DNA of 64,000 bases, taken from Lama guanicoe (taxonomy: Eukaryota). Positions 12,461 through 25,118 of the stretch are shown here, piece after piece. The translations under genes and the position numbers were made by a program. The number at the start of each line of letters is the position of its first letter. Positions within the stretch are counted from its first letter, which is position 1. The notes under the pieces were generated by a model that did no database searches, was not told the DNA's origin, and saw nothing but the letters and a program-made list of their open reading frames with translations. The stretch lies in contig MU057350.1 in assembly GCA_013239625.1 (NCBI GenBank), positions 23,093,894 through 23,157,893 of the forward strand, given 5' to 3'.

Positions 12461-13199
12461 GGAATCTCCATTTCTAATAAGCACCCCAACGAGCTCATTA
12501 TCATCTTTATTTCTAACAGGCAGGCATTCTGAGGCCCACACTTTGAGAAACTATGTTAGAGGCAGAGGAATTGGTACCCGAACAGATTCCAAGTGGACTG
12601 GGAGGGGTGGTATGTGCCCTTCCCCCGGAAGATGGTTTCATGGGTGATTTGGTGTGGCTTTTAGACAATGACCAACTAATTATAGAACCCTATAGGAAAA
12701 TTCAGAACATATGTCTTATCCCAGATTCAAGTTTACAAATGTATATTGAAGATGTTTTCATGGGGCCCCAGGGTCTGAATGAGGAAAAGTGTCATACTGA
12801 TCATTGGGAAATACATTTATTATGGGACTTTTTTTTATAATAAGGAGAATTTATTTCATGCAGAACGTACATTGTTTGATTGATATGATCAGCGTATAGA
12901 AGTCTTATGAGAAAAGAGACAGTAACACCGGCAAATGATCACCTTAGCGTTATTCATCCAGCCATTTGTATAGCACGTGAATAAGCACTCTTGGAAAAAT
13001 TGCGTGATTCTGTCAAATAGATAAATTATTCACAGAGAACATTTTCATTACTTTCAAAACAACAACACTAGTATGACTGAGCATCAGTGTGTGTGTATTT
13101 GTGTGTGTGTTGCACACGGCTTGTGGGTGGATATCAGCAAACAAGCCATGAACTAATAATAAAACAACAAATCAGCAACAATTTAATTAAGCCCAATTT

Positions 13200-13950
13200 A
13201 TGTCAAAGTATCTGAATAGGGATATGATTACATAATTATATGTAAAAATGTGCGGGAAAGAATAGACATTTTTCTTTTCTTATACTCAACTCCACATTCC
13301 GCCATTGTCCGGCAGCTGTTTTTTGAGCTGCCAAGCTGGGTCATGAGTTGGGCCAAACCTTTTCCGAGGATAATAGTCTGTATGAGCTGGCGGGCTGACA
13401 AGCTGTGTGTGGTCCTCGTACCAGCAAATGAGTAAATCAGAGTTATAAGTTGCAAATGTGCCTCAAATTAACTTCCGCATAGTAGGGAACGAGCTTGGCA
13501 TCAGTTGAAGTCCAGCTTGGTGACAGCCTCTCTCACGGCAGCTGAATCAAGGCGATGACGGAAAATTAAGGCATGGTGGGCCACGGAGCTTCCACAGGGC
13601 ATGAACTCAGTGTCCTGCGCTCGAAATGTCACATTCCAAGAGGTCCTGAAATTAGCAGGCTCAGTGTCATATCGCGCTGTGGGCTCCGTTCACATGATGC
13701 AAGCTTTTGCTTATCTGACCGGGGCCTAAAATAAGACGCTCCAATGCTTTATTTATGAGCTCCAGGCCACCCATGCCTGTGATGTAAGTAACCTTGGGGT
13801 ACATGGCATTGGATCACTTCAATTCCCATTAACTACCTGTTTCTAAATGGGGAAAAGCATTTGCCCAGCACATTGTGTTATTCATGAAGACGCAAAAGCA
13901 GCCTGTTGAGCTGTCACTGGGGTGGACTTCCACGATGCCGTCCAGCTGTT
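13200..13950. promoter_or_regulatory. Candidate enhancer, motif-dense and CpG-retaining
   Basis: ACATTCC (TEAD) 13294 and 13631; CAGCTG E-boxes 13313, 13539, 13943; TGACAG 13521; TTATCT (GATA) 13711; CTAAAATAAG (MEF2-like) 13726; no recognisable repeat. Confidence 0.5.
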
Positions 13951-14206
13951 GAGTGCTGAGTGCTGCGGTCTAGGTTTCTGATGTTAGTTTTCTCCTTCTC
14001 TCTTTCTTGTTCATTATTTTCTTTTTTCTCTTTCTTTTTCTTCTCCCTCTTTTTTTTTTTTTCATCCTTACAAAGAACCTTGGCCAATTCCAGACATTGT
14101 TAAACACATAACTATCTATCCAGAAGTTACAATTCCCTGTTAAACACAGAAGGTCAAAAGCTGGCAGCAGAGAACTCATTTACATAAGAATGGGGCGTCC
14201 AGTGTG

Positions 14207-14400
14207 CAAAGTTTCCAAACTTCGGCACTGTTAATATTTAAGACCTGATCATTTTTTGTCGTGAGGGCTGTCCTGTGGATTGAAGGATGTTTGCAGCTTT
14301 TCTAGCCTTTGTTTGCTCAGTGATGGTAGCACCTCCCCCTTGTGACCACCAAAAATGTCTCCAGGCATTCCTGAATGTCCCCTTGGGAGCAAAATCGCTG
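14207..14400 (-). mobile_element. MER20 (hAT-Charlie)
   Basis: 'cttcggcactgttaatattt...gggctgtcctgtggattgaaggatgttt...ttgtgaccaccaaaaatgtctccaggcattcctgaatgtccccttgggagcaaaatcgc' matches antisense MER20. Confidence 0.85.
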
Positions 14401-15568
14401 GCAGGTAGCAGACTTGGCTGATCTAGTGTGACAGCGAACTGAGTGTTTGTTAATGAAGATCTTCACTGAGTCTCTCTGAGATTGTTCAGATGTAGTTAGC
14501 AGACCTGAATTTGGAGACAGGAAACCTGGGTTTGAGTCTGGGCTACAACACTAATGGTCACTCGTTGACGTGACTCTAGGCAAGATTTTTGGTTTGTCTA
14601 AACCTTAAATTTTTCACCTGGTAGATAAAAATAATACTCCTTAACTTGTAAAGCAATTGAAAATCAGTGAACTAATATATATGTAAAAATACAGTGTAGG
14701 ATACATAGTCAAAAATTTATGATTTGATGATATGACCTGATATATGACCTGTCAATTTGGTCTGCAGAGAAACAAAAGGCAGTCCTGTGGGCCCCTTTCA
14801 TCATGTGTTGCTTAGTTCTGGTTCATCCTTCTCTTGCCCTCCACTTCCATCCCCCAGCCATTCTTATATTCCAGAAGCTGACTAATTATGGCCAAAGATG
14901 TGAAACAGGGAGCAGGGAAAGAGAAAGGGTGAGGGGGGTGGAGGAGAAGTTTCCGGGTGGGCTCACTATCAGGAAGCCCTCTGCAGAGGTGTGGGCAGTC
15001 CATCCAGCTTCTTGAATGTGAATATCTAGAAAGATTACAAAAACACAGAAACCCTCAACACACCATTCCTCTGAACCCTGCTCTGCACTCAGCTCCTGCC
15101 AAATCCACCTTGTGGTTTTTGCTTCAGGAGAAAGTGAAATCGCTCTCCTTCTTGGGAAATGAAGGTGACAAATGTTAAATCTGTTTTCTTAGGAAACAGC
15201 TGAGAAAACAGTCAAAATGATTCCATGTGACTAGCACAATTTTCTGCCTGGGTCTTCAAAGTCTGAGTCTCTTTTGAGCTGCATCTAAATCTAGAAGTAA
15301 GGGCCAGGCTAAGAATGAAGGCGTAGACATCAGACAGGGAGTTAAGACTGTAATCTTTGACATCTCCCTTTCAGCCATCACACGCATATTTTACAGAGCG
15401 TCTCAAGTCTGCTACCTGCTAGCAATTAAGAGAACCTTGGCAAAATCCTCCTCTTCCCATTTGTTCTGAAACTCTCCTTTCTGAGGGGTGGGAGGGTTGC
15501 AATTTCACTCATGTTTTGCAGATCTCTCTTCCTTACATCCACTCTCTTTCTAGTCCTTTCTAGTTGCA

Positions 15569-15770
15569 CCATAGAACACAAGGGCTGGAAAGGATATGGG
15601 AGATGATCAAGTCCACTGGTTGAATTGCTGTATTTCTGGCATGGTCAATCTGTCCTATCCTTGAATGATTCCAGAGATGAGGAGCTCACGGTTATGGGAA
15701 GGAGGATGCTTAACTGTTGAACCACTCTCTTGAATTGTTAAAATTTGCCTCTCTGAATCCACATTCAATA
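15569..15770 (-). mobile_element. L3/CR1 LINE 3' fragment
   Basis: 'catagaacacaagggctggaaaggatatgggagatgatcaagtcca...ccttgaatgattccagagatgaggagctcac' resembles the antisense CR1/L3 3' end. Confidence 0.6.
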
Positions 15771-15894
15771 TTCCTTCAACAAGCACATCCTGAGAACCCA
15801 TCTGTGGCGGCACCCACCTATGAGTAAAATACAGCTTCTGCCCTCAGGGAGCGAATTATGGTCACAGTGATATGTTTCATGAATATAAACATGC

Positions 15895-17040
15895 ATTTAT
15901 TCATTCAACAAACATTTATAAGCAGTTATGATGAACCAGGTACCTTGCTAGGAGCTGGGGATACAATGGAGCCAGAGCAGCATCTCTGCTCTCAGTAGAG
16001 CTTGTAGTCTAATGGAAGGGAAAGACAATCAAAATTTCACCTTAATAAATATATAATAAGACTGCACTGACTTAAGTGTAATGAGGGGAAGGGACGTGGT
16101 TTTGTGTGTCCATAACCACAAAAGCTGGCTCAAATTGAGTGGAAAAGAGGGATTGGGAAATGTTTCTATAGCTAACAGACTGTTTTCTCTGAGCTGTGAG
16201 GGATGAGTGGGAAAGAAAGGTTCTGAGGTTGGAAGGGGAGGGGTCGGGGTAGCATCCCAATCAGAGGGGATGACAACTGCTGAAACGGGGTGATGGAGCC
16301 CAGCAGGACTGGAGTCCAGACTGCAGAGGTGGGTGAGATCAGCAGGGCTTCGGGGGCTATCGATTTCTGTCTTTGTTTTAAGATACAGGCTGTTGAAGGG
16401 AATTTAAGAGCTAGTTAGTGGGTGACAGGACAGACTTGGTCGTGGTTAGCTGTGGACCAGATCGGATCAGACCCTGAGATACACGCACTGAGAGCATCAA
16501 GGATGGAGCAAGTGACCCTGCTGGGAGGCCAGAGCAAGCTTTCTGGAGAAGGTAACTCCTGAACCCTCGTGAGAAAAGAGTGGCCTTTTCCAAGCCGGTG
16601 TCCTGGCTTGGGAAACTGCAACTACACACAGACAGGCAGGCATGAGGATTTACAGGGATATTCGAGAACACAGCAAGTTATCCTCCGCAGGCTGGAGCAC
16701 GGGGCCGGTGTCCACAGTGAGCATCACACGCTGGCCAAGAGCCCGGCAGACTGTGCAGAGATGTTGGGCTTCATCCTGAAGAGGAGGAGGCTTTGAGGGA
16801 GCCTGAGATCCTCAGCTGCAGCTTGAGCACAGTCAGTTGGATGCTGTGTGGAGGTGAAGGGCGGAAGCAGGAACATCCGATGTAAGGGCTGGGCCGCGGT
16901 CAGGATGAGGAGGAAAGAGATCTTTCACCCGGGCAGCAGTAGCGGGCTGGAGCTTTTAGAGAGAGAGAATCCACAGGACTTGGTGCTGGGGCTCTGGCAT
17001 GCCGCAGACACCCTGACGATCGCCTCCCTAATAGCTGGGG
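15895..17040 (-). mobile_element. L2 LINE fragments
   Basis: Begins with the antisense L2 tail 'tttattcattcaacaaacatttataagcag...ccaggtaccttgctaggagctggggatacaatgg'; purine-rich L2-like body follows; internal boundaries uncertain. Confidence 0.7.
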
Positions 17041-18275
17041 ACTAATGTTATCATGAATCTGTCCCAAATGCTGCTTGGAAGAAACCTTTACAGCAGAGCA
17101 CAGTGACGGGACTAAAATACCCCAACCCGCACAGAAGCCACAATGAGTATTTCCCATTTTATCTGCTCTTTTGGATCGTTCCTGCACCTGTTCGTTTTCT
17201 TTGTCAAAGGCAGAGCGTTATTTATAAAACGCTGGTATTTTTCCCCCTCTGAACATCTGGATGTTTGGAGTTGCAAAGATAAAACATCTGGAGTGAGGCC
17301 CCAAGTTTTGCCTCTTCTTCCAGATGTTTGGTGTCCTGTTGACAAAGCCCGTGAGTCTTTGTGAAGAGCCATCTCGTAAAACGAGGTGCCACATGAGATT
17401 TGTGTCTGTAGATGAATTTTAAGGGGTAGAGGCGTGAATGAACGCCGCCTAAAGGTGCTAGAAAATAACCAAACAGATGATGGATCCAAAACAATGGGGA
17501 GTATTTCTGGTTGACCAAAAGGGGTACAAGGTAGCCTATTTAGGCTTCTTAGGGATACACTTTCAGGTGAATACTTGCTTTGAACAATTTGGGGCGGGGA
17601 GATCAGGAGTGATTAAAATGTTATGTGTTTGGAGGGGTTCTCCTGCTGAATCAAAGTCTATCATTTAACTTGGCTGGCAGACAAAGAGGAAAGAACTTGA
17701 AGGTTGAGTTCATTCTTTCCTAAATAGCCTTTTTTTTTTTTTGGTTTGTTTTTGTTACAAAAGTCTTTTCTAGGCTTTTTGATTAACCCCTTGTGATCTT
17801 TTATAAGAGAATGATCCACAAAGGGTTTGGGTAATTATTTAAAGTGGAGGAATTATACACAGACTTCAGAATAGTACAAGCCCACTGTAATATCTGGGGC
17901 AGGAGAAACGTGCAGGAGAGGGTATGCAAAGCATGTTCATAAATTAAGAGTAAATTATCTTGGCCCTTCCTGGACCTGGGGGTGGATTTGTTCATTTTCT
18001 ACACCCTCCAGCCACCCCTCAACATCATAGTTTCCCCCGTATCCATAAATGTTTTCATCTTTGCTTGGGAGGGGGCTGGGACGGGTCATGTCACGGATGG
18101 TCCCAGAGCTCGGTGGCCTGGGGAGATGCCCCCTTTCTCTCTCACCCTACCTGGTGTGCGGCCCTCCGGAGAGGTGTCTTTGAGAGCTGCCCTCGGGCCA
18201 AGGGTATGTCTGACTACCTGCATTCCTCTGCTAGGGACCACCTCCGTTGGAACTCCTGTCGCAAAGGCAAAATTG

Positions 18276-18584
18276 NNNNNNNNNNNNNNNNNNNNNNNNN
18301 NNNNNNNNNNNNNNNNNNNNNNNNNNNNNNNNNNNNNNNNNNNNNNNNNNNNNNNNNNNNNNNNNNNNNNNNNNNNNNNNNNNNNNNNNNNNNNNNNNNN
18401 NNNNNNNNNNNNNNNNNNNNNNNNNNNNNNNNNNNNNNNNNNNNNNNNNNNNNNNNNNNNNNNNNNNNNNNNNNNNNNNNNNNNNNNNNNNNNNNNNNNN
18501 NNNNNNNNNNNNNNNNNNNNNNNNNNNNNNNNNNNNNNNNNNNNNNNNNNNNNNNNNNNNNNNNNNNNNNNNNNNNNNNNNNNN
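18276..18584. other. N-run (309 nt)
   Basis: Directly seen. Confidence 0.99.
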
Positions 18585-20549
18585 TTATTGGTGTCTTTCC
18601 TTATCAGCTCTAGCTGAAGGCAACAAAGGAGGGCAGTGTGAGCATCAGATAATTAAAAGAGAAGTAAGCATTCAAGTCCTCCTCTCACCTGACACACAGA
18701 ACTTCTGTGCGTCTAAGCCTCTGATTTAAGACTCCTTCTCCTTGGCTTCTAGTTCTTCCAGAGTCTATTATATAGTCCTTGTGGGCTTCAGCCTAAGACA
18801 TACCTTTCTGGAAAATTACGGGGAGGCTTTGAACGGCATTAACGTGAACTAGTAACAGTCACCGGTATTTGTACTCCATTTTCCGATGACACAAAGCATT
18901 TTACACAGAGTGAAGTCCACCTTCTCTTTGTTTAATTTACTGAGATTCAAGGATAAAATTGGGGAGAGGCTCGGGGTGCAGGGGGTGGGGGAGAGAGTTG
19001 GAGAAGTTGATGCAGAGAAACAAAGGCATGGAGAGTCAGGGGAGAGAGCAAGACAGATGGACATCTCCCTTGACATCTAACACAGACCCACACAGTCTGC
19101 TCCCTTCCACGCCTCCACCATCACCCGGCATCCATCTTGCTGCTTGGGTTTGAGTTAGGGAACGGGGCACAGGAGCCGTGAGAAGGCGGCACATGGAGAG
19201 GATGGTGGAAATGGAGATGCCCCGGGGGGCCAGCAGCCTCAAGTGTCTCCCTTGTACCCCATTTCAGGGTGTGCACCCACTGGCCACCTTAAGTGAGATT
19301 CCAGAGTGCAAAGAAAAGTGATTTGGCTTTGGCACCATGTTTTTTCACTCCTAAAGGCCAGCTAACGACTTACTGTGGAGGCTGAATTCTGCCTACACAA
19401 CTCTTTCCCCTGACACGTGTAGGTCTCAGATTCTAACTCCTGCAGAGGAGTGTCATCCTCATGACTGCATTGAGGGTGGGTAGCCTTACCCTTATTTCCT
19501 ATCCCTAACCTTATTTTAGAGTATGGGACTCTAGGGGCTTAGGAAAGTCAAGTGACTTGCCCAGGATCACACAGAAAGTCGGTGGTAGAGTGGTAACTAG
19601 GATCACAAGCCCCTAAACATCTGTGGTCTGTTTTCATAGAGGAGGCTTCGGAAGCCTCACCTCATTTTCTAAGAGAAAGAGTGCTCACCAACCTTTTCTC
19701 TGTGCACCACCACATCTCACCTCAATTATAGCACAATTCCAATTTGCTGATCACAATTCCTTGGCATGTTTTTTCCCCTTACCAAACTCTGAGCTCTGTG
19801 AGAGCAGAATCTCTGTGAGCTTGGTGCTCGGTCCACAGTAGACGCTCAATAAAAAATTATTGTGTGGCTAAAAAAAAAATCAGAGTAAGTGAAACCTGAC
19901 TTTCCAGTGCAGGCTTCTTTAGAGTAAGGAGTCGAAATTTCTGATTAAGTGCTTGATATTCCAGTCCTTTTACTAGAAGCTGTGTCTGAAAATACTACAT
20001 GGACTGTGTTGGTACAGAGCCTGCAACACAGTAAGGGCTCAAATGTAAACTATCAGTATTTTCTCAGCTTTAGTAAATTAGAGAGAATGTATCTATGGAG
20101 AATACAAGGTAAAAATTTCCCAAGAATATCTACATTAATAAAAATATGGGGACACAGTAATCACAGACACATACAGACACACACACATAAAACCTTGGTT
20201 TGATTAGATTCCCTTAAAGGGTCTTCTGGAGAGGAAAAAAAATGCCAGGTGAGGGATGGGTAAAAGGCTCCTAAGAAATGGAAACTTTCTTGTACTATAT
20301 ATGGTCACTCCAGTGACCAAAACGAGCTCTTGTATTTCACATACATGCAGAGAAACAGAGACGTGGAGAGTCGGAGAGAAAAAAGCCAGCCAGACAGAGC
20401 CCACCTCTCTCTCCAGCTAACACAGAGTCACAGTCAGCAACTCTCTACCCCTCCGTTGCCACCAAGCCCCTATTGTGTTGCTTTGGGTTTGGGTTTGAGG
20501 ATGGGGCACTGGAGCTGTGACACTGCATCCTTAGCTCTTTAATAATACC

Positions 20550-21165
20550 TGATGCATGGTAAGTGCTCGTACATGTTTGATGTATGGCTGAATGATCTTA
20601 TTTGGCTTTCCCCGTAACCCTTCCAAGTGGTTGTTATTATCTCTGTTTGGCCAGTGAGGTCCTCTTAGGGCAGTTGGTGATCTTCATGGAAGTTCCCTAG
20701 CCGATCAGTGACAGAGCCAGGAGTCAAACCCATACCTTTTCATTCCCGAGTCTATGCTTTATTTTATTTACTGTAAAATAGCACCACTAGTGATGTCTTT
20801 GTAGTACTGTGTAGTGGTTAGAGGTAAGGCTCTGTAATCAGAAAAATCTGGGTTTGAATCTTGCTTCTGCCATGTATTATCTGTGTGTGTCTCTTTGAGC
20901 AATTAGCAACCTCTCTGTGCATCAGTGTCCTTCATCTCCAAAATGGAAGAAGAATTAACACCTACCTCGTGAGGTTGTCTTCAAGATTATGGGAGGTGAT
21001 GCCACTGGCTGCTGGGCACAGAGTTAGGGCTCACTGGCGACAGGTCCTGACTTCTGCCCTTAACTGCATGAGTTCCTGGGTCATGCTTTCCTCCTCTGGA
21101 AAATGACAGCCTGGATGACACAATCTATCAGGCCCCTTCCAACTCTGAAATCAGTGATCTGAGCA
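20550..21165. mobile_element. Cluster of MIR/MIR3 SINEs (one -, then + copies)
   Basis: 'gtgacagagccaggagtcaaaccca' (-); 'gtgtagtggttagaggtaaggctctgtaatcagaaaaatctgggtttgaatcttgcttctgcca...cttcatctccaaaatgg' (+); MIR3-like tail 'ggccccttccaactctgaaatcagtgatct'. Confidence 0.75.
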
Positions 21166-23193
21166 TAATTTTGTGGTGTTTCATATCTGATGTGACTCCC
21201 CCTCCGTATTTTTAAAACATTTTCATTCTCTGACAAATAGAGAAAATAGTAACATGAAGTGGAAAGAGAGAGGAGAAAAGAGGAATTTTAAGAGCATCAG
21301 TTAGGGATGGATGAAGGAGTGGGTATCATATGACAAGTAGCTAAATTGACCATTATGGGTATTGAACTCCATTTGGTGTGTAATAGTAGGTGAGCACATC
21401 TATATATCAGCTTTCCCCAAAAACCATCTCCATTAATGAGCACTGGATGAGGAATGGAGATTTGGCTCGACAGAGATAACGGTAGAAAATATGAGAAATA
21501 TAAGTATAATACTGTAATTAAAGGAAAACCGATGTGACTTATGGCCTCCAGCTCAATTCCTTTTTCTTTTCCTGTTAAGCAGCATAAAGCAAGAACCATT
21601 ATCGAAAGTAGAAAGAGGAAGCAACATTTCTTTAAGTCTAAAAAAAATTCTAAACTTGGAATTTCTTTTGATGGGGAAACAATAAAGTGTTAGATAATTC
21701 TGAGGTTCTCACTGCAAGAAAACAATAATTGTATTTTGTATTTTATTATAATAATAGGCTCCCGGCTAAATGCACAAATCTAATAAAACCGGAATAGCAA
21801 GCTACAATGGGCCTCATGAATTGGAAATGGAGCGAATTTAAATGTTTTTGGCACCTGCCACCCAGTTCCCCAATAATAAGATCTATAATTTCCTGATAAA
21901 GGTGTGCACAGCTCTTGTGAATTTAGGTCTATAGAAGGGCCAAAATCTGTCTCAGTGTTCACGTTAATTTCTCACTGGCCTTGTCAGGCCCGCTCCGTCG
22001 TGGCAAACCCTTTTGCCATTTAAAAGCATTGAAAGTACTGAGATTTTGTGACTTTTAAAGGAATTTTTGAACATATAATTAGCTGTACAGGACCAGAAAA
22101 TGGTGAGTCATCCTGAGCTATTTAAGAATATTTCAAAAGCCCTGGGTATCACTTATATACATTTAAAGAACACTGTGTATTTGCAAAGGGAGCTGAAATG
22201 TTACTATCTGTTGGTAAGGCTTGGGGCACAGTGGCAGAAAGATGTTTCTTCTTTGATCTGAGTGCCTGCCCTGAAAGTTCCGTGTAAATTTCCCTAGTGC
22301 AAGTTACCACTGTAACTAGAGGTCAGTGTGGACCTGGTAAGTCGGATAAGAGAGTGGGATTTCATTTCTTTGCTTAGGCTTTCAGTCCTGACGAGGCCTC
22401 TAGGCTAAGAGCAGATGTTAACTGGGCTTCGCCCACTGCATTTCCATGTACAACTCAGGGTACTGCATGTGGTTCTTGGAAACCCCCCTTCCTCTTAAAA
22501 AAAAAAAGGGTGTTCTCATCGGTGGGCAGTTGTACCCCATTTTATGACTCTACTAGTGCCAAATCCACAGGGAATACGTGGTGAGACCCATCAGGATGCC
22601 TTCCTCCTTTAGATGTATCTTGTTTACCTCCCCCAGACTCACATAGCACCCCGTGGGGGGCTGCTGACGGTATGATCCAGGAGTCTGGGAACCACAGCCT
22701 CGTGATAAGCTTCCACATGCATGACAGAGGCTTCACCCCCCGGAAGCCTAGGTTAACTACGAGAAACCAGCGGTAGGTATACCTCATGGTTCTCTTCTCC
22801 TGCTGTATTCAGCCATAGGCGCCGACACAGCCAGGCCTTTGTTCCTTTCTGCTAAGACTGAGCCTTTAAATGTTGATGGTAACTTCACTGCTAGCGGTGA
22901 GAGTTTGAGGTACTTACTACATACAGTACCAGGATGAGGGAAAACTCCCTCTGAAAAACTTCGCTGTTTCCTCCCTGTGTCCCCCACCTCCTTCCATAAC
23001 CCTTTCTGCTCTCCCTTCTGGTTTGGAAAACGCAGTTCGATTGAGCTGAGTCACCTGCCTCTGATCACTTCCTTATCAGCTGCGGATGAGTCTACCTTGA
23101 CTTTGCCCCCAGTCTCATTTAATTAGATATAAGCTTACCTCAAAGTCAATTCATTCTGTTTCTTAACATTGACCGCAGTTTCTCTTTTGGCGA

Positions 23194-23357
23194 NNNNNNN
23201 NNNNNNNNNNNNNNNNNNNNNNNNNNNNNNNNNNNNNNNNNNNNNNNNNNNNNNNNNNNNNNNNNNNNNNNNNNNNNNNNNNNNNNNNNNNNNNNNNNNN
23301 NNNNNNNNNNNNNNNNNNNNNNNNNNNNNNNNNNNNNNNNNNNNNNNNNNNNNNNNN
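23194..23357. other. N-run (164 nt)
   Basis: Directly seen. Confidence 0.99.
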
Positions 23358-24906
23358 GAGATAGAAGCATCGGTGCTACTTTAGGGTATGAGGGTCCACT
23401 TTCAATTGTGAAAGAGGCTTATTGTTAATTACAGAGATTTCCAAGGGCATCACACACCTCTCATGCGGTGGCTGGGGAAAAAAAATCCTCCTTACAAATG
23501 CTTTCTAAACTGAGAATGGATTTGAAAGACCATTGTCTGCCCTGGCTCAGAAATTATTCCCCCATAAAGGACTTGTGTAAAGGTTTTCAAGATACCTTTA
23601 TGTGAAAGATAAACTATATTAAGGGCCCAAGAGCTTCTGCTCACCACATTTTTCCTGAAGGTTTCCTTTCTTGATTCTTATAAATGTCAGTTTCACCGAA
23701 GAGTTTCTTAAAGTCACCGCCTCCTTTGGATTAAGAATTCTGAACCCAAAAGTGGATGCTTCTCTGACATCCTTTCTTTTTATTCTGGGTACCTTGGTGG
23801 ATGTCAAGTGGCCAGGGGAGTTTTTCTTGATGGATCATAATGAGGTTATTGATGGGCTCTTGGATTGCCTTAAAAAAATCTCCCGTAAGTGAGCATTGCA
23901 GAAACCCTGGGAACCAAGAATTTGTACTGTGTAGGCTTACATTTTTTCCTGATTCCTCTAGCATGTGATGTTTTATTTTCATGTTGCAACTAGTTATAAT
24001 AAAGGCCTGTCCTTAAAAAACAGAAAAAGAAAAAAGAAAAAAACCCTAATCTTTCTTTGTTTCATTTTCTCCAATTAGTATGGCAAACTGCGTCAGTGAC
24101 CCCCAGGGTCTATTTATTGGATTATATGAAAAAGCAGTGGAAATGAACAGAATGCATTATTTTCCTCAGGTTACTTTACTTTCATATGAAGATGGGCCCT
24201 TTGAATGAGCTCATAACCACAGGAGTGTGTAAGCGTTTTACTTTCTTCCTCTGATTTTTCTAAAGGCAAAGACAAAAACCCGTGGCATTGTCTTATATCT
24301 TTAGAAAACTGGTCGTGGATGCCTTCCAGAGACACTTATTCTAAATAAAGCCGAATTCTTCCCTCTACTCCTTTCCACCTAATTTGATATCATGGGTCTC
24401 TATAAATAAAACAAGCCTGTAATGCCAGTTTATCATTGGCTTGGAGATCAACTCAGCCTTGACCTCATGCCTGTAATGAACTCAGTTTCCTACAATCGGA
24501 TGGTGAAATCATAACCCCAAAAAGTAGTTTCCTGAAGCGAGATAGAAAACCTGAAGATGAAACCATCACGTAAGGAATTTGAAAATGTTTCCCTTCTGTC
24601 AGTCTCGACTGTTATAAAACAGGTAGCGCAAAGATGTTTATAAGCCTGACTGGCTGTCAGCTACCAAAGGATCCAGCCAAAATCGGGGAAAACTCTTACT
24701 GTGTTAAGTATCCTGGCTCCATGCAGCAAAATCCACATCTGCCCCCTGTGCTTTCATTTCGATAAGCCCTCTAGAGTCTTAATTACCACGTGGGCTAGTT
24801 ATGCAGCCCGAGTTCTAAACCGCACTAGGTTTGCACAGCACGTCTCTCCTTCCCCTCTTCCTCTCGTTGGCATTATTGTATTGGTTTTCCCGACCCTGTC
24901 AGGCTG

Positions 24907-25118
24907 NNNNNNNNNNNNNNNNNNNNNNNNNNNNNNNNNNNNNNNNNNNNNNNNNNNNNNNNNNNNNNNNNNNNNNNNNNNNNNNNNNNNNNNNNNNNNN
25001 NNNNNNNNNNNNNNNNNNNNNNNNNNNNNNNNNNNNNNNNNNNNNNNNNNNNNNNNNNNNNNNNNNNNNNNNNNNNNNNNNNNNNNNNNNNNNNNNNNNN
25101 NNNNNNNNNNNNNNNNNN
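24907..25118. other. N-run (212 nt)
   Basis: Directly seen. Confidence 0.99.

Larger units (their letters stand above)
11600..12555. mobile_element. MER5-like hAT-Charlie element split by an L1 insertion
   Basis: Left part 'ccccggagattctgatctaatcgatttggcatggc' (about 11618-11660) continues after the L1 as 'ggaatctccatttctaataagcacccc...cacactttgagaaactatg' (12461-12555). Confidence 0.65.

Noticed and set aside
14733-14750. Two TGACCT half-sites as a nuclear-receptor element
   Set aside because: The 6-nt spacer is non-canonical, and the pair is explained by a local tandem duplication at a MIR edge.
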